Origin: a candidate division WOR-3 bacterium
Lineage (GTDB): Bacteria > Hydrothermota > Tepidihabitantia > SM23-42 > JAOAFX01
Reading direction: 5' to 3'
DNA: 64,000 nt
Assembly: GCA_039802265.1 (NCBI GenBank)
Contig: JBDRWI010000001.1
Span: forward strand, 4,264 to 68,263
Both the position numbers and the translations under genes were made by a program. Shown piece after piece: positions 10,901 to 16,527 of this stretch (its first letter is position 1; each line of letters begins with the position of its first letter). Under the pieces are notes generated by a model. The model worked only from the letters and a program-made list of their open reading frames with translations, made no database searches and was not told the origin of the DNA.

Positions 10901-11142
10901 AAGCGATTGAAAATTTAAAGTCGGCTCTGGAAATCGCTGAAACCCTGAAGTTATCACCCCTGATCGGGCAGGTAATGTATAAACTTGCCTGTATGTATGT
11001 GAAAATGAATGAAAATGAGAAGGCACAATATTACGGCCGCAAGGCACTCCTAATTTATAATGATATTAAAACAAAGTTAAAGGACATAAATCAAAATTAT
11101 TATATCAACAGACCCGAATATGTAGCATTGCTTGAGATATAA
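7972..11142 (+). CDS. zinc-ribbon / class III nucleotidyl cyclase / STAND-type P-loop ATPase / TPR-repeat protein
   Basis: CxxC-x11-CxxC zinc ribbon (CVICN...CPNCG). Cyclase core motifs RFVTLFFVDF, LLIIFGAP, IGINSG and VIGDTVNIAARL. Walker A GQMGIGKTRL. The C-terminal ~500 aa are TPR-like helical repeats. Confidence 0.8.
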   Translation: MKCVICNSDKIPQAAEFCPNCGTQLKIESTRDKGTERLKILGGESRFVTLFFVDFIIMNPAEDKITKQNIIYLSDLMEKVAAIVKKYDGTVNRIMPDYRLLIIFGAPKVHTDDPNRAVRCVLEIKKYLYERRRLEAPITRFNIKIGINSGWIFFGYVLENPPFLTVIGDTVNIAARLAQMSMPDQILMSENTYNLLPDLIVAEHIGMTYVRGRSGSLDVYNLIDIRFETLQMPKCPFWGRKEEMARLIALTQKIKENRISIGIITGQMGIGKTRLKEEFENFLRADGSFRFIESHCTVEMQTPYYPFKLLFREYFNLKESDSRANIAEKIDRFVSENNLDPQEIKGIKHLFLTDLQRLWGENLISINEEIFIAVGNLLRFECKKNPLVIIFEEFNRADSMTKNLVAYLAAELVNNSIMFLLINYTGDLFKKDNNNNFEEINLGPLSKETIANLVNYYLTDADPNLIEFLYKTTGGNPLFTIETIKNVKRRNIIKKEASGRWLLDREKHFTFLDDLYSVVMSGLDALAPEYRLIIDYASVIGYSFNYHILKEILEDEENLLERLNYLKNEDYIIQFKDDTDPIYIFRHNLLKDAAYTTLPLKKRKELHRRVAVLLEKSYSEQLSEYYETIGYHYHEAENYKKAAEYFKMAGDKAKNLYAIEQAINFYNNVLKIGREYKEQISPNLLRQTELNLTDIYEILGDTQRMKEIAESGLSAAEIEKNQKEILLFSERKAISLLMSGDYKSAESLLLESVENCPAEYADVLTQLYSDLGLLYAEKYEYEKSILNYNLTWNTARTYGIKEGEIRCLLNLSQLHTKLGNYELAYEYLNYGLDELITEENLRPKAQYKYNLGILDYQVWNLNKAIEQLTEAFNIAERSSHEIQIKSALELALIHSLMQNYDEAARLVEYVDKKITPTIREILLSEINLKKAIFYENKKERERVVPFLTNALKLAQKYNQQETIVHCLLLKADIDEIKAIENLKSALEIAETLKLSPLIGQVMYKLACMYVKMNENEKAQYYGRKALLIYNDIKTKLKDINQNYYINRPEYVALLEI

Positions 11143-11147
11143 CGATT

Positions 11148-11786
11148 ATGAAGTGTGTTAATTGTAATCAGCCAATTTCCGAAATATTTAATTACTGCCC
11201 CTATTGTGGGGCATTACTTCAAGAACAAAAAGGTCTACCTCTGGAAGATATAAATCTGGCATTTATTCGCGCCGACCTCTCAGGCTTTACCGGTCTCAGC
11301 GAAAAAATGGAATCTGAGGATGTTATGAATCTGTTGAATGGCATATTCGGCGAATTTCAGAAGATAATTAACTCTTACCAGGGCATTATCTACCAGGTTA
11401 TCGGTGACGAAATCGTTGCCGTCTTCGGTTTAAAAAGGGGTGTGACTTTTTCCTTCCATATGGCAATTCTTGCTGCTGAGGATATATTCAAAAAATTGAA
11501 TGAGTTTAATAAAACCGGAAAGTTTGAAAGACCTATCGGATTAAAGGTCGGGGCAGAAGCAGACACTGCCTCAGTATATAAAACACATGGTGGACTTCAG
11601 ACAGCGCTAATCATAACCGATGGTTTTAAAAAGAGTCTGATTTTACAGAAGAATGCCGAAGACAACACCCTTTTAGTTGGTGAGAATCTATATCAGGCGA
11701 CGAAATCCTTTTTTGAATTCATTCCCTATGGCGAACTGGTTGAAGATTCTCTGTCCATAAAGGCATATAAGTTTCTCTTAAGATAA
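11148..11786 (+). CDS. zinc-ribbon + class III nucleotidyl cyclase domain protein (stand-alone, partly degenerate)
   Basis: CxxC-x10-CxxC (CVNCN...CPYCG). Metal-Asp motifs FIRADLSGFT and VIGDEIVAVFG are present. The position of the GDTVNxAARL motif reads ITDGFKKSLILQ, so the Asn and Arg are absent. It starts 5 nt after the upstream stop, with no SD. Confidence 0.7.
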   Translation: MKCVNCNQPISEIFNYCPYCGALLQEQKGLPLEDINLAFIRADLSGFTGLSEKMESEDVMNLLNGIFGEFQKIINSYQGIIYQVIGDEIVAVFGLKRGVTFSFHMAILAAEDIFKKLNEFNKTGKFERPIGLKVGAEADTASVYKTHGGLQTALIITDGFKKSLILQKNAEDNTLLVGENLYQATKSFFEFIPYGELVEDSLSIKAYKFLLR

Positions 11787-11791
11787 ATCCC

Positions 11792-13969
11792 ATGGAAACA
11801 TCAGCACACCCTGAATTTTATCACGAATTCATAAAGCAGATCGGACTGGGTATAAATATCTCAAGGATCTATCCGAAGGGGCATCCTTCCCTGGAACCAG
11901 TAGTCCAAAGACTCAAGATATTGCTAAAAGAACTACCCTTAGAAAAGGAATCTATTTCCATTGTTGTAATCGAAGATATTCTGATGATAGAAGACAATAG
12001 ATTTGAAGCCAAAAAATTGCCAATCGTGAAGAGTCTGGTTGATCGCTTTACACAACTGGGTATCAAGAGTATTACCTTTGATGTCGATGCCACCGATGAG
12101 GATATAAAGGGATTCTTCCTTGCCATGGCATCAACCCCCGCCGAGATTTCGGATTACGGTGATATTGTCTCATTGTTGAGAACAAAGGGAGTATTGAAGG
12201 TTAAACTGAATAAATACCGGGTGGGTGTATTCTCTTCGGAGGAAGAGGTAAAGGAAATCAACTGGACCAACTTTCTTGAGTCAATTGCCCTTTCTCAAGA
12301 AAGCCAGAGTGAAGAAGAACGAATAAAACAGTTGGGCAGTTTTCTCGCCGGCGTCGGTGTTATCGGAAGTGAACCGGTTGAAACACAGACGAGTAAAGTA
12401 ATCGGCGGGCTCGAAAAGATTGCCTTGATGATTGCCGACCAGTATGGTGAAGAAAGATGGAATGAATATTCAATCATCTTTTCAAGAATCCTGGCAGTGC
12501 TTTCGCCCACCATCAAAAAGAATATCTTGAAGTATAAAACTGAAAACAAAAAACTTGCCACTCTTTTCAAGAGCCTCATACCCACGATGTCGGATGAAGA
12601 TATTATTGATATAATCGCAACCAAGGCTAAGGAAAAGAAGGATACAAGCGAGGATGAAATCATTGATATTTTAAAGAATGTTGCTGGTACCAGACTTCCC
12701 AGTATCCTCTCAACGGTGAGGGCCAACTTCCCCGAATTAAATTTTGAAAAAATTGTTTCACAACTTATGGCCGAACTGAAGACCATCAAAGGGACTGAGG
12801 TTGCCGATAAGTTTATGAGTAAGAATCTGGAAGCCGAAATGAGAAGTTTCTTCCCCCAACTAAGAGAAGCAGCCCCCGAAGAAAGGGTTAAGGCAATTGA
12901 AGGACTTTTGGCTTTCAGTAAAAAGTTATTTGATGCCAAAGATTATGAACTACTCCGCCTCCTCATTGACCGCCTCGATTCAATGTCCGATACAGAGGAA
13001 AATATCACCGTCTTTAAAAAAATTATGGAGGCAATTAAATTATTATATCTCAAATCAGAAGAATTAGGATTTGCTGATATCATTCAGTTTATTTCCAAAA
13101 AATTCTCACGGCATTTAATTCGTAAGGAAAAAGTCTTTCTTGATAAAAAGAATGTTGTTATCAAGATAATCGGCGATATAAGGGACCAGAACTACCTTGC
13201 CGAATTAGTATCTTTACTTTGGGACCCGGGAACCTTTGTTGAAGCACGCGAGGCACTGATTGCAATGTCAGACTTCTCACTGCCCATTTTGATTGACACC
13301 TTAAAAGAGACCGAGGATAAGAGTGTAAGATTAAAGATAATTGATGTGATACTCCGAATTGGAGAAAAGGCAATACCCCAAACTCTTAAACTTCTCTCCA
13401 GCGATGATTGGTTTGTTAAAAGAAATGGTTTATTTATCCTCGGTGAACTCAAGGCAAAAGATGCGGTGGATGAGATTGGTAGGTTGTTAGACAGCAAAGA
13501 AGAACAGGTACAGATTGAAGTCCTTACCACCCTCAGCAAGATAGGCACGGAAAAAACCAAGGAATATATAAAAAAGGGACTGGATAGCCAATTTCCTCAG
13601 GTTGTAATTGCTGCAATGAAAAATTTAACTAAAGAAGATGTAAAACCAAAATTACCCCAAATAATTCAACTATTAAAGCGGCGAAAAGGAACTCCCGATG
13701 AAAAAGAAGAAGCACTTAGAATTGGTCTAATTAATTTACTCGGAGAATTGGGTGATGATTCGGTCGTTGATAGGCTGATTGAAATATTAGATGAAAAGAT
13801 ATTATTTAAGAACGAATTGCTTTTACCCACCAAGGAGGCAGTTTTACGTGCCCTTGCCCAGATCAAAACTGATAAGGCATTAAGTGCGTTGAAACAGGCA
13901 ACAAACCATCGGGATGCCTTTGTCGCTACAACTGCCCGGGAGATTCTCAAGAGAATCAAACCGGGATAA
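11792..13969 (+). CDS. HEAT-repeat protein with uncharacterised N-terminal region
   Basis: The C-terminal third carries repeated HEAT/PBS-lyase-type units (WFVKRNGLFILGELKAKDAV, VQIEVLTTLSKIGTEK, PQVVIAAMKNL, RIGLINLLGELGDDSVV, KEAVLRALAQIKTDKAL). The N-terminal ~450 aa have no motif I can name. It starts 5 nt after the upstream stop, with no SD. Confidence 0.6.
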   Translation: METSAHPEFYHEFIKQIGLGINISRIYPKGHPSLEPVVQRLKILLKELPLEKESISIVVIEDILMIEDNRFEAKKLPIVKSLVDRFTQLGIKSITFDVDATDEDIKGFFLAMASTPAEISDYGDIVSLLRTKGVLKVKLNKYRVGVFSSEEEVKEINWTNFLESIALSQESQSEEERIKQLGSFLAGVGVIGSEPVETQTSKVIGGLEKIALMIADQYGEERWNEYSIIFSRILAVLSPTIKKNILKYKTENKKLATLFKSLIPTMSDEDIIDIIATKAKEKKDTSEDEIIDILKNVAGTRLPSILSTVRANFPELNFEKIVSQLMAELKTIKGTEVADKFMSKNLEAEMRSFFPQLREAAPEERVKAIEGLLAFSKKLFDAKDYELLRLLIDRLDSMSDTEENITVFKKIMEAIKLLYLKSEELGFADIIQFISKKFSRHLIRKEKVFLDKKNVVIKIIGDIRDQNYLAELVSLLWDPGTFVEAREALIAMSDFSLPILIDTLKETEDKSVRLKIIDVILRIGEKAIPQTLKLLSSDDWFVKRNGLFILGELKAKDAVDEIGRLLDSKEEQVQIEVLTTLSKIGTEKTKEYIKKGLDSQFPQVVIAAMKNLTKEDVKPKLPQIIQLLKRRKGTPDEKEEALRIGLINLLGELGDDSVVDRLIEILDEKILFKNELLLPTKEAVLRALAQIKTDKALSALKQATNHRDAFVATTAREILKRIKPG

Positions 13970-14031
13970 GACATATAGTTTTTCCAAAAAAATTTGCCTT
14001 CACACCATGAAGTATTTCTCTCTCCCCTTTT

Positions 14032-14067
14032 AAAAAACCCGGCCGCGGCCCGAAGGCCACGACCGGG
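14032..14067 (-). terminator. rho-independent terminator (minus strand)
   Basis: 13-bp GC-rich stem CCCGGUCGUGGCC / GGCCGCGGCCGGG (two G-U pairs on the minus-strand RNA, C-A mismatches on the plus strand), UUCG tetraloop, then U6. The U-tract exists only on the minus strand. Confidence 0.8.
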
Positions 14068-14108
14068 AGGGGAAAGATGTCTAATAATTAGACAACAGAT
14101 AAGTTAAT
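14032..14108 (-). ncRNA. candidate ~77-nt small RNA (own promoter, AU-rich 5' hairpin, C-rich linker, intrinsic terminator)
   Basis: On the minus strand, TTGACA-N16-TATAAT (14142-14115) is followed ~7 nt later by AUUAACUUAUCUGUUGUCUAAUUAUUAGACAUCUUUCCCCUCCCGGUCGUGGCCUUCGGGCCGCGGCCGGGUUUUUU. There is no AUG in the transcript. The 5' end is inferred from promoter geometry only. Confidence 0.55.
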
Positions 14109-14114
14109 AAGTTT

Positions 14115-14142
14115 ATTATAATTAAAAATTGAATAATGTCAA
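14115..14142 (-). promoter_or_regulatory. consensus sigma70-type promoter of the candidate sRNA
   Basis: Minus strand: TTGACA (14142-14137), 16-nt spacer, TATAAT (14120-14115). Both hexamers are perfect. Confidence 0.65.
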
Positions 14143-14156
14143 CGTTATTAAAATAG

Positions 14157-14185
14157 TTGACATTTAACTTATTTTGATTTATAAT
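14157..14185 (+). promoter_or_regulatory. consensus sigma70-type promoter of the small membrane protein gene
   Basis: TTGACA (14157-14162), 17-nt spacer, TATAAT (14180-14185). AAGGAG lies at 14191-14196 and the ATG at 14204. Confidence 0.7.
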
Positions 14186-14203
14186 TTCACAAGGAGCCTG
14201 AAT

Positions 14204-14356
14204 ATGAAGATTATTCTGATAATTATAATCCTGGCGGTACTTGCTTGGATTATTACCTTAGTAATCCAGTCGGCAGAAAAAAAGAGAAGGGAAGAGTATA
14301 TAAAACAGAAAATGGAAGAAAAGAAAAAGGAAGAAGAAAGGAGTTTTAGACCTTAA
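14204..14356 (+). CDS. 50-aa single-pass membrane peptide with Lys/Glu-rich tail
   Basis: MKIILIIIILAVLAWIITLVIQSAEKKRREEYIKQKMEEKKKEEERSFRP. Supported by a perfect promoter and a well-spaced AAGGAG. The track ORF start at 14174 was trimmed to the SD-supported ATG. The 3' end overlaps the convergent 14346 gene by 11 nt. Confidence 0.6.
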   Translation: MKIILIIIILAVLAWIITLVIQSAEKKRREEYIKQKMEEKKKEEERSFRP

Positions 14357-15209
14357 GATAGGCAATCAATTTATTCATATCATCAGGAATGGGTACGGAA
14401 AACTCTATCCATTTTTTAGTTTCTGGATGCAGCAAACCTATTTCTGATGAATGAAGCATCTGTCTGGGAAAGAAGATTTGTCTTTCCAAACTTTTCCAGT
14501 ATTTCTTATCTCCAACAATCGGATATCCGAGTTGAGCCATTTGAATTCTTATTTGATGGGTTCTTCCAGTTATTGGGAAAAATTCTAACAGAGTAGCATC
14601 TTTGAATTTTTCAACTACCCGATACCTTGTCGCAGCATACTCTTTCTTTCCTAACTTTCCTCTTAAAATTTCTGATTTTTTTTCAATCACACCATTAACA
14701 ATACCTATGTATTTCTTTTTTATAACTTGCCTTTTAAATTGCTCAATTAGATATTTTTTACTAATTCCATCTTTTGCAAAGATAACCACCCCGCTTGTCT
14801 CACGGTCAAGACGGTGCACTGGATAGACAATTTTTCCATTTTCTGATAATCTTTCTTCAATGGACCTTCCCGATTCAGAAGATTCTTTATTCGTAAGGAT
14901 AAATGGGGGTTTATTAACTACAATGAGATTACGGTCTTCATAAACTATTTCAATATAGCTAAGTTGCTTTAAATATTCAGTTCGGTCAATTAAAATGATA
15001 GAATCTCGGGTGCGAACCCTCTTGGAAGGAAATGTTATCTGACTTCCGTTAAGCAGAACAAATCCCCATTCTATAAGACTTCGCGCCTCCTTCCTTGATA
15101 TCTCAGCAATTACCCCCAGGACATAATCAATTCGCCTTGAATTTAGTTTATCAGGGACATCGTATTTTTTATAAGAAAATAAAGAGTTAATAAAATGCCC
15201 GAAATTCAC
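14346..15209 (-). CDS. RluA-family 23S rRNA pseudouridine synthase (RluD-like, S4 domain N-terminus)
   Basis: HRLDRETSGVVIFAKD catalytic-Asp motif, GRTHQIR, and an S4-like N-terminal segment (RIDYVLG...SRKEARSLI). GTG start. Confidence 0.85.
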   Translation of the reverse strand: MNFGHFINSLFSYKKYDVPDKLNSRRIDYVLGVIAEISRKEARSLIEWGFVLLNGSQITFPSKRVRTRDSIILIDRTEYLKQLSYIEIVYEDRNLIVVNKPPFILTNKESSESGRSIEERLSENGKIVYPVHRLDRETSGVVIFAKDGISKKYLIEQFKRQVIKKKYIGIVNGVIEKKSEILRGKLGKKEYAATRYRVVEKFKDATLLEFFPITGRTHQIRIQMAQLGYPIVGDKKYWKSLERQIFFPRQMLHSSEIGLLHPETKKWIEFSVPIPDDMNKLIAYLKV

Positions 15210-15215
15210 TTCTTT

Positions 15216-15243
15216 ATTTTATGTAAATCGACTGATTAGTCAA
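15216..15243 (-). promoter_or_regulatory. sigma70-type promoter of the pseudouridine synthase gene (leaderless geometry)
   Basis: Minus strand: TTGACT (15243-15238), 16-nt spacer, TAAAAT (15221-15216). Only 6 nt separate the -10 box from the GTG at 15209. Confidence 0.55.
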
Positions 15244-15261
15244 TACCGATTTATTGGAATA

Positions 15262-15288
15262 TTGATTTTTTAAGCATTTTTTTATAAT
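15262..15288 (+). promoter_or_regulatory. sigma70-type promoter of spoIID-like gene (leaderless geometry)
   Basis: TTGATT (15262-15267), 15-nt spacer (short), TATAAT (15283-15288). 7 nt separate the -10 box from ATG 15296, with no SD. Confidence 0.5.
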
Positions 15289-15295
15289 ATTATAG

Positions 15296-16402
15296 ATGAA
15301 CCGATTTTACGAAACCCAGACCTTATTATTTTTACTCCTTTTAACAAATTGCCTTCCATACATCGCAAAGAGAGAAAGAATTAAACAAATACGCATTGCT
15401 ATCCTGAGTGGGATTGATTCGGTTGTAGTAACTGGAATTAACCAGAAAGAATTCCTCCAAGATTATAAAATTTCAGTCAGTGATTCACTTCCTTTGTTCT
15501 TAAAAACAAAGGAAGGAAGGGTGATGGTGAATGGTAAACCATACCGCGGGAATCTTGAAATTAAAAATATAAATAATAAAATCTGGGTAATCAATGTAGT
15601 AGATATTGAAGACTATCTTAAAGGTGTTGTTCCCTGTGAAATTGGCAGGATAACAAAAGACTTGATGGAAGCAGCGAAGGCCCAAGCAATTGCTGCAAGA
15701 ACCTATGCCTATAGTCATATAAACCAATATGCTCAATTGGGCTTTGACTTATATGCCACAACCCGGGACCAGCTCTATGGCGGAATAAATGCCGAGGATG
15801 AATTGATTAGTACGGCAATTAAAAAAACCAGCGGATTTATTTTAACCTATCATGGACAACCAATCCAGGCAAAATATCATTCTACCTGCGGTGGCAGGAC
15901 CGCTGACTTCAATGATGCCTGGAGGGGCATCGGACCTCCTTACTTAAAAAGCGTAGTATGTGAATTTTGTCAGATTAGCCCCCACTACTACTGGGAGAAG
16001 AGAATGCACAAAGATGATTTCTTGAAAAATTTAAAGATAAATCTGCAGAAAATTGGAATCAAAATATCAGAAAAAGAGATAATCAGGGGATTCCGTTTCA
16101 AAAGAAATCCCAAAAGTGGACGGGTTATAAGTACAATCGTCCTGACCGATTCAGGCGAATATAAGGTTGACCTTTATAATATCCGGACCCTCTTTGGTAC
16201 ACCCGATGACCCAAATGGACTGTTGAAATCTAATTATTTCAGTCTTGAGGTGCAGAATGATAGTATTATCATTAAAGGCAGAGGCTACGGACATGGTGTA
16301 GGCATGTGTCAGTTCGGAGCAATTGGTATGGCAAAAAGGGGAAAGAATTATAAAGAAATTCTAATGCATTATTATCCTAACACAAAACTGGAGAGACATT
16401 AG
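15296..16402 (+). CDS. SpoIID/LytB-domain protein (peptidoglycan lytic transglycosylase-like)
   Basis: Motifs AQAIAARTYA, YHSTCGGRT and GHGVGMCQFGA. N-terminal signal-like segment. Confidence 0.85.
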   Translation: MNRFYETQTLLFLLLLTNCLPYIAKRERIKQIRIAILSGIDSVVVTGINQKEFLQDYKISVSDSLPLFLKTKEGRVMVNGKPYRGNLEIKNINNKIWVINVVDIEDYLKGVVPCEIGRITKDLMEAAKAQAIAARTYAYSHINQYAQLGFDLYATTRDQLYGGINAEDELISTAIKKTSGFILTYHGQPIQAKYHSTCGGRTADFNDAWRGIGPPYLKSVVCEFCQISPHYYWEKRMHKDDFLKNLKINLQKIGIKISEKEIIRGFRFKRNPKSGRVISTIVLTDSGEYKVDLYNIRTLFGTPDDPNGLLKSNYFSLEVQNDSIIIKGRGYGHGVGMCQFGAIGMAKRGKNYKEILMHYYPNTKLERH

Positions 16403-16475
16403 AATCTTATATGTTCTAGATTGCCGCATCCTGACTTTTGCTCGGGTTCGCAATGACATTAATTTGCATCAGGTA

Positions 16476-16503
16476 TTGACAAACATAAATTTATGGATAT
16501 AAT
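16476..16503 (+). promoter_or_regulatory. sigma70-type promoter of the 16528 OMP gene
   Basis: TTGACA (16476-16481), 16-nt spacer, TATAAT (16498-16503). GAAGGAGG lies at 16516-16523. Confidence 0.7.
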
Positions 16504-16527
16504 TTGTTCTTAAAAGAAGGAGGAACT

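Noticed and set aside
12295-12939. 214-aa ORF antisense to the HEAT-repeat gene
   Set aside because: It is a Ser/Leu/Phe-rich mirror image of a Glu/Lys-rich sense frame. It has no RBS or promoter, and the sense ORF has clear repeat structure. A typical shadow ORF.
14031-14356. Type I toxin-antitoxin interpretation (hydrophobic 50-aa peptide plus adjacent sRNA)
   Set aside because: The sRNA does not overlap the peptide mRNA. By eye I find only ~4-5 nt of complementarity (CUCC:GGAG) to its RBS. The peptide has a long charged tail unlike most type I toxins. It is kept only as a remote possibility under the locus finding.
16419-16457. GC-rich island gattgccgcatcctgacttttgctcgggttcgcaatgac after spoIID, sharing short words (ttgccgca, ggatgc, attgcg) with another island at 4471-4506; possible decayed intergenic repeat family or terminator
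   Set aside because: The stems are imperfect (a 5-bp ATTGC/GCAAT clamp with a large loop) and there is no U-tract. Similarity between the two islands is limited to hexamer-scale words, and two copies are too few to call a repeat family without a genome-wide search.
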